In this document: positions 12,440-26,950 of the stretch, piece after piece
How positions within the stretch are numbered: position 1 is the stretch's first letter
Layout of the letters: each line of letters begins with the position of its first letter
Assembly: GCF_022458985.1 (NCBI RefSeq)
Contig: NC_061789.1
Span: 11,543,707 to 11,607,706, forward strand
DNA length: 64,000 bases
Direction: 5' to 3'
Source of the DNA: Mugil cephalus
Lineage: Eukaryota
Notes under the pieces: model-generated
Databases searched by the model: none
What the model was told of the DNA's origin: nothing
What the model saw: the letters and a program-made list of their open reading frames with translations, nothing else
Translations under genes and position numbers: made by a program

Positions 12440-12730
12440 GCTACTTAGACATGCACCACCCACCTAGACCAGACCGGGCACCCCCACCCCATAGCAACGA
12501 CACTCCCTGATGGCGGCAACCACCTCTAGCAGGATGCAGCCTGACACACACACACAAAACAGTTTAGGAACAAAAAAAGATGAAAAACAGCCTCCAAATT
12601 CACTAGATCCCAAACAAGCCTGATCCACAGAGGCCCCTCCCCTCAACCCATCAGGACCAAAAGGCCCCCACTAACAACATCCTGTTGCCAGACACCTCAG
12701 GACACTCTCAGAACACCCATGTCTAAGTGG
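12440..12730 (+). mobile_element. Tc1-derived non-autonomous fragment (copy 1 of a dispersed ~290 bp repeat)
   Basis: About 85% similar to 36040-36340. Contains CCAAATTCACTAGATCCCAAAC…GATCCACAGAGGCCCCTCCCCTCAACCCA, homologous to the transposase 3' region of the 63.7 kb element. Confidence 0.6.
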
Positions 12731-14949
12731 GCTTTTAGCATCCATTGAGAAGTTCAGAGCGATGATGCTGCTACAAATAACTTCCTATTCTCTTCTGGGA
12801 ATGTGTGTTATTAGTTATATAAACATTGGTGTACCACAAAGCTATATATGAGAACCTCTGCTTTTTTAAATGTGGATGGTCCCACTTGGCAGCGTACTAT
12901 GGTAATTAAATTGAATCACTGCTATGAGCAGATGAACCCGGGTGTGTTTTGTCAAACAAGTAGCTTTCAAAGAAAGGTAGCTTTAGACGAATCCCAAGTG
13001 CTAATTCGACAAACAAGGGTCTCTTTCTGACTATTTATATATATCAGAGATTTTATAGACCAAACAAACCACTTAGTGCCCTTTAATAGACGATCTATTT
13101 TATTTTATATTCCTTTTCTATTAAAGCCACATGACGAACTCCGAAGCCCTCTCATCTAACCACCCTCCCCCTCACGTGAAGCAGTCAGAAGGAGAAGAAA
13201 ATAAGCTGCAGGCAACATGTTGTCTGTAAATAAAGCAGGCAGAGACATTACAGGAGAAACGGAAGAAAAGAATGAAGACGGAGAGGGGAGGGAGGGAGGG
13301 GGCTGGTTTTAGAGCCGCTCTGCTCTCCTTTCTTTCTGTTACATAATGTGAGCGATGGCATTCATGTGGCCACGGTAAGAGACTTCGCCACAGGCAAGTC
13401 CAAAAGTAATGGATGGACCACTGAGAGAGGATACAAAGAGGAAAAACATCAGGAGTCAGGGGTTAGGTTGATAACTCAGGTTTAAACCAATAACTTGAGT
13501 TATTATGCTTTTGATAAACTCCTTCCACTGATAACAGAGACGGAGGATGGAGGTGAAGGCAGAGGTTTAAAGATACATATGAAAAAGTTTGTTGATCTGA
13601 TCTGATGTCCTCTAGTAGTGATGAGTTTCGTTTGACGCCTTGGTTTGCAAATCCTTTTTTCATTTATTAAAAACATGTTAAACTCAATTCCAAGCACTGA
13701 ACTGTGATTCATAAAGGATCAATTTATCAAAAACTATTTAGATCACCGTGTTTTTAGGCAGAAATATGAAAAACTCAAAGAACATCTGGATCTTCTTTGC
13801 TTAAATGTTTCCTTTATTATAGTTATAGGAGTTTCTGTATTAAAACAAATATATATTGACTCTCTGCAGCTAAATCTTCATGTAGTCCTATTAAATGTGA
13901 GCTGAAGCAAGATTATAAATCCAGAAAGCATCTACTTGCTTTCTAAGAAAGTCCCCATCATAACTCTGTTTGATTGGTTCAATGAGGCCACAGACTGAAA
14001 GAATCTGTCTGGCCTTCAGCCCTCTGAGCTGCTCACCTGACAGATCCCAGTCTTTCCTCTGCCTCCCACCCTCCTCACCTCTCATCACCACTCATTATCC
14101 AGGAAGAAGAGAGGTGGGGGAGGGGGGGGCACAGACAGAGACAGAGAAAGTGGTGACCCTCTCCACGGAGACCCTGACCTCCCCCCTCCCTTGGGCCTCC
14201 TCCCTCTTTGCTGGTGTCATCCCTGCAGACTGGAATGCAGTGTGGCGTATCAAATACAACAACCCCCCCTAGAAAAGGAAACACACACTGATGCTCAGAC
14301 AGAGAGGGAGAGTTACACATGACATTCCTGCTGATAGTGTCACATTCCTGCAGAGGCCCGGCCAATCAGAGGGCTCTAAATCTCCCTCTGACTGCAGTCT
14401 GTCTGCAGGAGTTGAATGAGGAGGAGACCCTCATTGGCGGCAGCAATAGATGATTAGATTTCATTATCTCGTTCTCCACAAAACAAAACAAACTATTTAA
14501 TTTCCATCTGGAATCCCAGGAACTAGACTGATGCACTGAGTTTAAAGTTGTGTTGGCTGCAGCATAGTGGAAAAACATAAGCACTAGTTTAATCATCAGC
14601 TTTCAGTGCAGCAGAAGTCCCTGAACCTTCATTAAGTACAACCCCCAGGTAGAGGAAATGAGTTCCTACCAAAGCTTCTGAGACCACAGGGGAAAATCCT
14701 GTGGTTTGAAATGCCAATATGAGTAACTCTGGAACATCCTAAGAACAAAAACAAAAATAGATGTTGCTTAACAGGAAGCTTTGGTTTGTGGCGGACATCT
14801 CTAAACGAAAAGATAGAAAGAGACACGGAACAAAAGTGATGTGATCCAAAAAGACGGTTGTTTAGATGGAAAATCTGAGCTTTTAAAGTTATTCTTGTCC
14901 AACTAGAGGACACACTTTGGTGAAATAATGTGGTCACCAAGAATAACTG

Positions 14950-15700
14950 ATTATGTCAGTATTTTCTTGAATTGACCATCACTGTGTTTTCTAGATCCTG
15001 CTCATATCTTACCTTTCTGTGAGAGCACAAACTGTTGCTGTACATGGGTTCGAACCAATTCTAAAAATGGTTGCTAAAGGTGTTCCGCAGGGATCAGTTT
15101 TAGGTCCTCTACTCTTTAGTTTGTACTCCAGAGAAGAGCTTGTTTTTCTCCCAATCCATTACACTGGTAACATTTCCTGTATGCTCATGTTGCTGCTAAT
15201 CTTCAACGCCACTGTATAGATAAAAATCTTTACAGAACTAGTGACCATATTTGGAACGGACATTACATTTAACTGGGATGAACTTCTTTTTGGATTTGTA
15301 CACTCAACTACTGTAAGTGTTACGCTGCAAGAAAAGCAATTACAAAGAAATGGCTTAAACCTGACATCCCAAGTATAGAAGAATGGTATGATATTATCGA
15401 TGATATATTTGTGATAGAAAGAATTACTTTCTCATCGAGACTTCAAGGGTTTCTTTATTTTTATGCAAACTATTCAATTGTTTATTTTTTTTTGTATTAT
15501 GAACATGCACCCCATGTTCATATGTTTTGTTTGAAAATGTGTTGGTAAAGGGAAAAAAATGGAGCACTGGATCAAAATTAGTAACAAGGTAATGAAGATT
15601 CTTATTTGCAACATTGTTGAGATGTGACTCCAAATAAAAGTAAAATGAAAAAAAAGCAATATTTCTGAAATTTTCGATGAAGTACAATTGTGATTTGTAC
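14950..15700 (+). mobile_element. LINE retrotransposon 3' fragment (RT domain tail plus 3' region)
   Basis: ORF contains the RT motif GVPQGSVLGPLLFSLY. The downstream frame encodes WLKPDIPSIEEWYDIIDDIFVIERITFSSRLQ, typical of the ORF2 C-terminus, followed by an A/T-rich tail. Confidence 0.65.
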
Positions 15701-18700
15701 GTGTTTCGAGATTTCGCTTTGAGGAAGATGGACTTCAAAAGAACTTCAAAAGAACAAAAGAACGACCCCCTGTGTTATCTCTGGTGATGCAGATGATGTG
15801 TTATTGCGAAAAAAGTGTTTCCATTGCACTTTTGCGATACACATTTATATTTGTCTGAAAAACCACCTCATGAGAGCATAAAAGTTTTTTAGCGATATTT
15901 GAGAGGTTTCTTCAAATTGTAGGTGTTCCCATTACCATTTTTTATTGCAGTATTTAGGTTTTGCGCATTTCTTGGGGTAATGGAAACTCATCAAATGAGA
16001 TTCTATGAACAAATAAAGCTTAATTACTCTCTAATAAGAATTCATATTTATGGAAAAACAAAAGGATGACAATTCTTTTGAGGTTTTTACTGATTTAATA
16101 ACAACACTTTATTTTTAACAAACAGCGGACTCAGCTTATCAGCCTAACGGCCTCTGAATGACCTGATAGAGACCGGACGTTAAGAAACTAACACCCACCC
16201 AGTCTTGGCTCGGTGCAAACGATCCAGTAAACACACCTCTTCCTTCAGATGTCGAGTACGTTCATGTTCACAGCTTTGGTTTCAATTTTGCAGCCACCTT
16301 TTACGAGAAAAACTGTGGGTTTAGTTTTTGGTATTTTACTCAGAACATTTACAACCAGGCTTTTTATGAGAACAGGTTGAGGCAGGCTGACACACGCAAA
16401 ACGATTTACAGTAAGAATCAGTGAAGACCACACAGATGTCTACACACATGGATCCACTTGTGGATCAGAAACTAATTAAACCGATCTGTGAGAAGCTGCC
16501 TGAGCATGTGGACGTAGTGTATTGCTCAATGAAATAATGTAGTAGTGGACAGGATGACTTTTTAAGTGTTGCCGACAACAACTGGTCTTTTAAATTATGA
16601 TTTAGGCCGCAGCTGCAGGAGATGAAGGAAAAACCACACATAAAAAACCACTGAAATAAATTGCTGATGATTCGTATGATTCATGCTGAAATGATGGTGT
16701 TTTGGTTATATACGGAGGGTTCATTCATACTTATGTATCGTCAATGGTGTTTAAAAGTTTAAAAACTAAAGGTGATGCTCATTTTGCAGACGATGTCCTT
16801 TAAACAACCACAGAAGAAGACACAAACCACAGTCAAAGTTGACGCTCAAAAAACGAAAGGTAAAAAAACAGGACAATTATTCTAATGTTCCGCAGTCCTA
16901 CCCGAGCCTTAAGGCTCATTTGAGGTGCTGCAGGACATAGACATTTGGGTTCATTTTTTGTTTCTACTCCCTGCTTCACTTTCAACAATGGCGATGGAAA
17001 CTTTCACCAAAATTTTGCCGAAGACGAGTCACGCAAATCCGTGCATCTCGGAGCCTCCTCAGTGAACCTGATCCAAAACAGTCAACTTGGAAATTGTGGA
17101 AAATCAATACCTCATACAACAACACAGCTTAACCCCCAGCAGCAGGGCCGGACTCTCCTCCCTCCTCAGCTGTGCGACGGCAGCTCGGGTCTCTCCCCCC
17201 AAGACAAAAGGCCAGATCTCCCACCATCACGGGGATTCACAGGGACCCATTCCAGCTCGGCTCTCCATAGAAACTCGTCCCAACGCGGAGCCAAACGGGC
17301 CGCCAGAGGCGTCAGACTCAAATACTAATTTGTCTCCCAGAGGCCTCCTTTTATACTGTGTGTGTTTGTTTCTCACACACTGGCATGCATGTCAATAAAG
17401 ACAAATAATCTCAGTGATGGATTGCCAACCTGCTCAAACACTAGCACACCCTTTAAAAACCTCCGATTTGTGTGTGAGGCGGCGACTTCAACGCGTTCAC
17501 TTTCCCTCCACTCAAGCAGACGGCAGGTCTGGGGATACACCTGGAGAGGTGGGCAGGAACCAATCGGGATCGGTGCTGAACACTTGGCAAAATCAAAAAA
17601 AAAAAAAAAAAAAAGTGAGCCAAGAGGAAAGTATGTCAGCTTTTGTTGAGGCAGAGTTCTGGCGAGGAGACACGAATTCCTTTCTGTTTCATTAAACATA
17701 ACCTCCGGCTCCGTTTCTCCTCCTCCTGCAGATCTATTCCGAATGCAACCGCTTCATTTGCTCAAAGTTTCTGTTGTCAAAAGTCGCAGTGGGTCTAACC
17801 CTAACAATCCCACGAAGACTCGTCAGGAAGTTTACGGAATTAACTTGTTCTGCAGCTGAAGATGCAACAGAACTTTAAGAAACACGTGATTGAAACACAG
17901 CAGTTGTGCTGATGCTTCGTTGTGTCTCACGTTTAGATTTGTTTGGAAGTCAGGAAGGAGGGAAAAGACGATGCAAAAGTTGCTTGAAAATCAGCAGGTT
18001 TTTTAAGCTTTCGTCAGTGTCAGAATAATCGGCGACAGTCATTAGCTCATTAGATGACTCTTAACTGTTGAAAGGTCATTCGGCGCACTTCTTTTTCAAA
18101 ATGTGAACACATACTACAGGCTTACTGTATCCTTGGCAACAACATGCTTCGCGTTTCTAGTAAAAGTTTACAACAACCATTAATGTTTAATATGATGTGT
18201 TACGACTTGTGAAACGCGAAAATGGAAAACAATTAAATCAGCGTCGTCATCCGAGGCCTCCGACCTGTCCCCACTTGTATCTGAACAGCGGGAAAGGAGA
18301 CGCAAATAAACGATTAGTTATTCCGTAGAATAACCGCGCATTTCTTTCAGCAGGTCGTAACTCTGACGACCCAACAAAATAAACGTCACAGAAACCTCCG
18401 TGATGTCTGGGAACCGGCAGGCGTGAGAACAGAGTTCCTGTTAGCAGTTTGACTGCGTGTCAACATCAACAAGCTGCTGCCGCCGCTGCTGGTGTGACGA
18501 GTAGACACCCGAGGATTGTGGGAAGTCGTGTGTTGTGTTTAGATGCGGCGGTGCGATTGCAGCGGGATGGGTGGGGGATGGTGGGTGGAGGGCGCAGGGC
18601 CCTACGAGCTACCGGCGGCGCTGATGAATAATGAGAAAGCTCTTCCTGTCTGAGACCTGCATCCCCACGGAGGCCATTATCCACCACACACACAGACAAA

Positions 18701-19729
18701 CACACCATCGCAGCTGTTGGACGCTACTGCAACAGTGTCACCATTTCAGAATAAAAGCTTGAGGCGCTGCGACCTTCCTGTGCCGCCATCGCACTATTCC
18801 TGTCATTGTGTCTTTCACCTTAAACGTCACTGTTTAGTCTAGTTCGTTTGTTTTGTTTGTAAAAGAAAAAATTCTCACAGTTAATGTGACAATGTGGCAA
18901 TGTTTCTTTTTTAATTTTAATTTAATGCTCATCAAAACCACTTAATGGATTGATCTCTTCATTGTCTAATAGTATAAATGCAGTGCAGAATATGGGTCAG
19001 TACACAGTGACGTGAAGGCAAAATACTTTAAATGACACGTTGATTCATCGTCTGAGTCGCTGATCCCTCTAATGAACTTGTTTCAGCCCGACTGATGTGA
19101 ACCTCCGCGTCATGAGCTGATTTATGGATCCGTTTGTCCTCCGTGAATCTGCGACTTTAACCCTCCTGCTCTCGGGCTGTCAGCGCAGCATTAAGTCATC
19201 CCGGCTCTGTGTAAACACTCCTCTCAGATCGGTCCGAGTCTGCCTGACCTCCGACCTCTGACCCCGCCCCCGGCTCCTCCTCCTCCTCCACCACCCCCCC
19301 GTCCCTCCTAGGGGGTCGACAAAAGGAGCGGGGCACTTGACAGAGCTTTAGGACTGATGCGGTGGTCCACAGGCCCTCCACTCCAGTCCCCTTTGTTGGG
19401 ACCACAGTGGCGGCTGGAAGCTGAAAAGAGCCCCACTGCTGTTTTATGAACTGATGAGACACTTTGTGACACGTTCCGTTTAAGCAGCGGCCGGAGCTGA
19501 TCACGTGGCCCCCGAAATTAAACTCTCGAGCTCTCCGCGCCGGCTTCAAGGAAACTGACTTTCGCGTGTATCCGTCAGCGTTTCTGTTTACACGGACGCT
19601 AAATGAAGTGATCTGATAAGACGCGATGTGTGTTTACTTTCCCACAAAACATTAATCACAAGAGAAATGTGGGTCCAAGGCTGCCAAGCCTCAAAGCTGC
19701 TGAACGCATAACAGGAGAAGCAGAAAAAC

Positions 19730-19935
19730 AGAAGAGCGGGGAAGAGAGAGGGGGAAGAAGAAGAAGAGGAAAAGGAGGTTGTGAATAGGAAAGGGAGTAG
19801 GGGAGAAAGGGGAAGAGTAGGAGGAGAAGAAGGAGGAGGATGAGGAGGACTAGGAGAATGGAAAGAAGGAGAAGGAAGACAGCTGAGAAGCAGCAGAGGG
19901 AGGTTAAGAAGGAGGAAGAGAAAGAGGGGGGGTTG
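19730..19935. repeat. Purine-rich (GGA/GAA/GAG)n low-complexity tract
   Basis: About 200 bp that is almost entirely G/A on the plus strand (gaagagagagggggaagaagaagaagagg…). Confidence 0.8.
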
Positions 19936-20691
19936 TGTTTACATGGTAGCTCATATCAGGTTGTTCGCTCAATCTGAATGAAAGTGTCGGAGGCCTTTTT
20001 CCTTCTGATTACTGGAGGAAAACTAAAGAACCAGATGCTAATCAAAGCTGCCGATTCATTAGCTGGAGCTCCACAGCTGGGTTTTCTCCCACCCTGCCAT
20101 CGACACTCCATCATTTCTGAGGCTTCCTGCCGTCCTCCCGCCTCCCGAGTCTTATCTCGTCCGTGGCCTCCGAAATGACCTGCGGCCTCATCTGCTGAGC
20201 TTCCAGGAACCCGCCGCTTAATCGGCGACGCGCGGAAAACAAACCAAATTACAACAACCGAGGCAGCTTCTCTGTGGAGGTTTGACGGCGGATTCAGCTG
20301 CACGTGGAAAACTCCGAGACCCCTCCGAGATGCTTCAAAAAAAAAAAAAAAACTCTCAACAGAGAGAAATATTGATGAGGCTCCAACTTTCATCCACTCT
20401 CGCTCTCCTCTCAGGCTTTGAGGGGGGAACTTGAAGCAGTGGGCGTTTAAGTGCGATAGGATATCGGAGCGCGAACAGGCTGCGGAGGGTTCCAACCCAA
20501 ATGCTGGGAACGAGCTTTAAATGATGTTTTGACACCAGGCTCTGAATGTGCTGAGTCAACGCAGCAGCAGCAGCAGCAGCAGCAGGAGTTACTGCAGAGT
20601 GGAAACATTTTAATAGAAGCGCAGGGGGGCAGGCTAACGACTGGAAGCAGAGTACAAACCTGTCTTTTATAGCGGTGACTTCATCACTTAC

Positions 20692-20743
20692 CCATCTGAG
20701 TCCTGGTAGTTCACATTCAGCCTCTTGGTGGATCCCAGCAGCT
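20692..20743 (-). CDS. caskin2: caskin2 exon 2: (K)LLGSTKRLNVNYQDSDG
   Basis: Acceptor gtgtttcag|AGCTGCTGGGATCC and donor gatgg|gtaagt. Matches human KLLGSTKRLNVNYQDADG. The phase (2 nt in, 2 nt out) links exon 1 to the FSALHH exon. It lies ~20 kb from exon 1. Confidence 0.8.
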
Positions 20744-23700
20744 CTGAAACACAAGAAGGCCAAAGACTGTCAACATCTGGGCTCTGGCAGTCAGATTAGA
20801 AAACACCTGCGCCTCCGCCGACGCTCTCGACTCTCGTAAACCTCCCAGCGGCGCGTTAACGCTGCGATAAATCAGAGAAATTAAAAACGAGAGTGCTTAC
20901 TGGAGTTTCCAGCGCAGCGATATCGGTTAAAAACAGGAAGTGACAACATGTGAGATGTGATTTACAACCTGCCCGGGAGCTGTGCATGAACAAGTCGAAT
21001 ATTAAACTACACCAGTCACCCCCCTCCCGCTGTGAGGTTGCGTTGGGGACGGTTTAACCACTGGCTTGACCGGAGGAGATGTAGTCGGTCTCAGGGCGCC
21101 GATATCTGCGTGTTTCCTGTTTACTCAGCGGGCACCTGATCATAAATCCTCCTTGAGGAGCTTCATTAGGCCGTGACCGGGGTCAGAGGATGGCCTGCTG
21201 TTAAACCCCCCCCACCCCTTTGATCTGCAGTCAGACGGGGGCTCCTCGAGGCTTCGACCGGCCGCCGCCGTTCGTCCTCAGGCTCGGAGCGTCCTCCTTT
21301 TCCTCTGGAATGCGGTGGCATTCACAGCTTCAGCCTGACAGTCCGCCCTCTGTTCGGTACAGTGGACGTTCGCGGCCTGCGTCCAATCGGCGTGTCATCG
21401 CAATGCCACGGCCCGGCTGGAGTCAGAAAGGCGGAGGTCGGGGGGGGAGGGGGGCCGCCTCTGAATCATCAGGCCTTTCAGAGCGGTGAGCAGAGTCACA
21501 GGACGCAAACCAGTTTTAACAATTACGCCGTTTTCTCTCGGGTTCAGAAATGACGTGGGAACCTTTTCAGATCAGAACAAATTCTAACCTCAAAATGAAT
21601 CAGTGTAAAGTAGCGTCTGAGTTTTCTTCTTATTTAACTCAGATTAACCATCGTTAGTACCGGCAGCAACGTCAACAAAGCAACCACTACAGTAATCTTT
21701 TAGTTAGCACGGTGTCTGAAGCTGAGCCTGAGGCTGCGTCGGCATTTGGGCTCGCAGCAGGTCAAAGGTCAGACAAGTTTACAAAAGAGGTCCCAGACAG
21801 AAGATCCAGCCGACGCACCTCTGATCATCCTTTTAAAGACGGCCCCCTCGAGGGAGCGCCTTTAACATCTCCTTCCCCGCCGCCGCCCTCCCACCGCCAG
21901 CGCGTTTGAAGTGTTGACTATCTCGGGGCAGCGGCGGCGGCGGCGCCCCCTCTTCCCCCTCCTCTCCTCTGGGGCCGCAGCGCAGCTTTGATAATGACCT
22001 GGATTTTATAATTAATGAGAATAAATCAGCACGCAAAGCGGAATGAAAAACACAGAGAGGAACGGGGGCTGCGGCGCGGAAAAAACGAGAGCGCCTCAAC
22101 CGAGGTCTCACGTCCTCCAGGTACAGTTCTATTATTATTATCGCGGCGATGAATGTGAGATGATCAGACAAGCGGTTCCGCACCAGCTCTTTCAGTATTC
22201 GGCGATGCCGGCCCATAGCTCGAGTCTGATCAGATACACTGATCTGAATGTTGACTGCGTACGAATCTGATCTAGATCTGATGCCTTATTCAAACAATGA
22301 CGGTTCCTGTTCTCAGGAGACGTGTTAATCTGCAGGAGAGAAGCGCTCAGAGTGATGCTTCTTCACCTCAGCTTTGGTGGGGACTCCAGACGGTTGGTTT
22401 TAATTATTTCTACGAGGTATTTGAAGCGTCTTTTGGGCTCATTTTTCTTCTAGAGTGAGTTCATCTATCAAGAAAAAAATAATTTACGACTCTAAAAATT
22501 AAATATATTGAGTAACAGTGTTTTCTCCTGAAAACAGATGGACGTTTCCCTTCTAGATGATGCCCCCCCGCCTCCCAGCAAGATACAGTCAACAGTTAAA
22601 CACAGCAGATGCTGGTCAAGCTAAAGCTCTCCTCATCTGCTGCACATTTGTTCAAAGTTATTTTTAAGGCTGTTTATGGAGGGAGGTTGAGAGGCCCGGG
22701 GCCGAGCTGCAGCCTCCTCCAGCTCCGCCGTTCGCAGGGACCTTTTATAATTTCAACCGAAAGTTTGACGAGCCCGCGGATCCGCCGCCGCAAGAATGCA
22801 CCGAGGAGGAGAACGAGGAGGAGGAGGAGGAGGAGGAGTGGCAGGCTTTTTTTTTTGCAGGAGTCTGCAAATTTGAGAGGTCTCGTTTAGGATCTGTTGT
22901 AAAAAAAAAAAAAAATCGACATACTAAAATTAGACAATCATAACTATGATTATATGTCTACAGGCAACGCCTCGCACTTTCTTTTTTGTTTCTCCACATT
23001 TTAGACAAAGCAGCAGAGACGCTTTCTCTCCTCTCGCTGCAGCGGCAGCCGCTCCGCACTAAATCTTTCCTCCACGAACGCTGGCCGTCCTCCAAACGCA
23101 CCACAACAGGCTCCGGTCAGAGAGTCAAACGCTGCGGCTCCCTCCACTTCTGATTTACGCGGCAGATTACATCTGTTAGTCTAAATATAAGACCTTCCAG
23201 TTTTTAAGACGGCCGTGAAAAGAGGCTTCATCTGGTTAATAAAGTTAAGTCCGAAAAAGCCGCAGAATCTCAAGTGTTGACCAACAACACACGACCACAA
23301 GTAAGTGGACACACTCATTTTTGTTTAAAAGCCTCTAAAGCCAGATGAAAATTACTTCTCACAATCAACTCCTGAAACTGTTTTGATTGGATTTAAACAA
23401 AAAATGTGGGAAATTTACAATTAAATTACAGAAACGGTTTAACAAGAAATACGCCAAATTGTGCTGCCACTTGCTGCAGATGTTCCAGGAACTGAAGGAG
23501 ATGTTTTAACGTCGGCATCGTGGAAGGCTCACTGCTGTTGTTTGCGAACTTACGGACATAGTTCCACGTGCAATGCTCAGAAAAAGCTAAAGTTAGCTTG
23601 TTTAGGTTAACGGGGCGTCTATGGGGCGTCCACACAGGAAGAGACCATGAAAGTTAACCCAAGAGGGTTGGCCCCCCTCGGAGATGTGAAGTAGGCGAGT

Positions 23701-25399
23701 ACCAAGTCGAACTGATGTTTAAACTTTGAAGAGAGGATGAAGTTGACTGATTCAAGGAGCAAACACAGCGTTCTATCAAAAAAAAACAAAAAAAAACACT
23801 GAGCACAACTTTGGTGGCCTGAGGGTGGAGCGAACCAAGATGGGGCAGCATCACCGACGGTATTTTTGTTTTCAAACACACAGCTAGCTCCATCCTTACA
23901 CCAGCGATATTCTTAGGATCTGCTCGGTGGGAAATATACAAGAAGGTTACCACGGCAACCAGAGCGTACAACGTCCACTAAGGCGGACTCTCAGCTACAA
24001 AGGAGATGGTTAACATAGTGGGTAAAATACACAATGCTGTTGAAATCATTATCCAGAACAGCAGCTCTATTATTAGTGGAGGAACTAGGACAAACAGGAT
24101 GTGCCTGTGCAGGTACTGAAGAGGATCTCATGAAAAGAACAAATAACAGACAAGATACAAAAAATAAAAAAAAAGAGTATGATGAAATTAAAGCTGACAC
24201 CTCGAGTGCGAGGAGGGTATTTTTCGACTGAAGCCTGTTTGAATGGAGCCTTCTCCATCCAGATAGATCTGACTAGGTCAGTGGGTTCAGATCTCAGACA
24301 TGTTATCCAGACAAAGCTCTGATCTTAAACTCGACATTGTTCAAGAAACAAAAGCTTCCAGTTCGTGAACTCTCGGTTTACGATCTGGCCTCCCGCGCCA
24401 GACCGCACTGTTTGATAGTGCCACTCAGAGATAGTGGTTTTGTTTGATGCAGCAGGTCTGTTTGAAGACTCGAACGTCTCTGAGGGAAACATGGGCACCA
24501 ATCAGAACAACCCCCCCTCCACCCCGTTCCTCCCCCAGGCCTTTAGAAAGCCTGGCACAGGAACACAGGAAGCTCTGCGAGTGTTTGTCCAAAGCAGGAG
24601 CGGGACATGTATGTCTCTTATCTGCTGACTGAATGGGGACGGTGGCGGCACTGCGGAGTTGAAGATTAGCGTCTCTTGTGTCTTATCTAAAGGGACGAGG
24701 TACACTCAGCCTGTCCTCAAGCTCAGACTCGGAGCCAAACTGGACCACAGTCACACCAAGTCCTTTATCAATTCACTTTGTGCACGTCTGCACAGGACAA
24801 ACACAGGAACAGGAACAGTTTGCTGGAAGTAATGTTCAGTGTTGTACGTCTCTGACCATAATCACCACTAATCATCCATTAACTGAAAGGTTTTGTCCGC
24901 TGGGCAAATATTGGACAATTTTTGCGCAAATCTCATAAAGTTAAAAAGCATTTTATATTTCAGCTGTAGCACCTCATCCTCAGAAATGTTTGAATATTAA
25001 AGACTTGAGATTGGACTGACTTTAAGACAAAAACACCAGAACAAGAAAGAACTTCTAGCTAAAGGCAAAAAAGACTTAAGCAATATTGCGAGTATACAAC
25101 AATTACCAACAAATGACTAATAACTGAAACACAATCAGTCACGTCAGAAGACTCCAATGTGTAATGGAACCTAGTTCACCACTACGGCAAATAATCCAAG
25201 CCTTAGTAACGACCTAGCAACAACAAACCGATCCATTTTGTAGCGTATTTTTCAGCCGTTTCCTGCTCCCGCTCTAACAGTTACAGTGTTGCCATGGAGA
25301 TGGATGCAATGCTGCAACAGACTTGGCGGAGCAATATTTTTAGTAATGCTGATCTGAGCACGTTCTACACGTCTTATTGACCAATCAGATTGCTTGGTC

Positions 25400-26950
25400 G
25401 GAGCTACTTGTTGTATAATATAGATTTGAGACTTCACTTGAGACATGAGCTTGGACTTGGACAAGTGTTGAGAGGATTTGATACGGCACTTTCCTCTTAG
25501 GAATCGAAATGTGAGTTGGTCATTAAAGTCTTAACTTGGACTTGCCATCTAGAGACTTGGGATGTGACTTGAATTAGCGTTCCAAGAGATAACACTTGGA
25601 GCTGAAATGAATATCAATAAAACACCTGTCCAGCCTGTGTAGTAGATTTTTGTCACACTGACCCTGAGTCAGTGCGTCAGTGGTGTTTATGAGATGTAGT
25701 GTGCGGAAGCAGGACCTTCTAAAGTGCATAAAAAAGTGTGTGTTGGTCGGTAACCTGACCGTGACTCGGTGTCAGAGGAAGAGGAGGGGGTTGTCTTGTG
25801 TTGACGGAGGCTCTTGAGGCGTGGAGCTGCTCTCAGAAACAAAGCCAGGACTCTGAGCTGGGCCCCTTCTACACTTCCTTTCCCAACACTATTGTTCCAC
25901 AGAGTGGGAGGTGGCAGCATTGTGTCAACCCGGAGTCCTCGCCGCGGAAACAACAAACCCACCGACCGATAGACTGAGAGTCTCCTCCCTCTTTTCTCTC
26001 AAGTTTCTCATTTCCAGATGAAATCACACACTTTCTGTTACACTCATCTGTGTAGCTCAGATTAGGAATCTAAATCTGTTTATCTGTTGGCCCTTCTGCA
26101 GTCGAGAACAAGGTGATTACGCACCTGAAGTTGTATTAGTAACTTCCAAAAACACAAGAAGAAGAAGGACTTCTGCAACAATGGTTTGATGTTAGCCAAC
26201 AAAGCAAAATGAAAATTTATCTCTTCACATGTACTTTAACAAAGACTTAACTTGAGATCTTGCTTGGACTAGACGTGTCTTCTTAAGACAGTGGTCATGA
26301 GGTTTGAACCTACTGAAGACGTGAATGGATTTTCCCTCAAAAGACTTAACGACTAGATAATGGATTTGATTACCCTTCTACAGAGTTAAAGCCTTAGCCT
26401 TCATTCAAACATGACTTAGATTTGCCCTCTCAACATGTGTGCACTTCCCTTACAGAGTCCAAGTCATCTTAAGTTAAATCTCAAGGAAATCTGAACTGAC
26501 AAGTCCTTGGACTAGACCTTAGCCGAGATGCAACTTGGCCTAAGCTTCTAAAGACTTGGTCCTAAGACTTGAACCCTTCAAAGACTTGGCAACTGAATTG
26601 TGACTTTGATCAGCCAAGTCGAGGTAAGAGTTAAGACTGATCTTTCATTTAGAGCATTTAACATGTAACTTGTATTTGCCCTCTTAAGAACCTGAGTTGT
26701 GACTTCGACTCTCTAAGGAAACTTAATTTGGACGTGTCCTCTAAAGACTTTGCTCTGGTCTTGAGAGCCTCTAAAATCATGTAACTTAGACTTTTCCTCC
26801 AAAGATCTGAGACTTTCCTGCAAAGACGAGACATAAATTAATTGTGAGGACTTGAAATACATCTTGGATTTGTCCTCTAAAACCCTGACGTGACTTGAGA
26901 CTGGCCCTCTAGGTATATGAGACTGGATATGACTCCAAGTGTACAAGAAG
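25400..26950. repeat. Degenerate tandem array, ~40-50 bp unit (tcctctaaagacttg…cttggactag-like)
   Basis: Many repeats of the motifs aaagacttg, cttgga(c)t, ctctaa and cttaagac spaced 40-50 bp apart across about 1.5 kb. Lies in caskin2 intron 1. Confidence 0.55.

Noticed and set aside
19956-20763. Two overlapping long minus-strand ORFs (179 and 135 aa) in GC-rich sequence
   Set aside because: No recognisable domains and alanine/arginine-rich, typical of chance ORFs in CpG-rich DNA. The real caskin2 exon 2 here is in a different frame.
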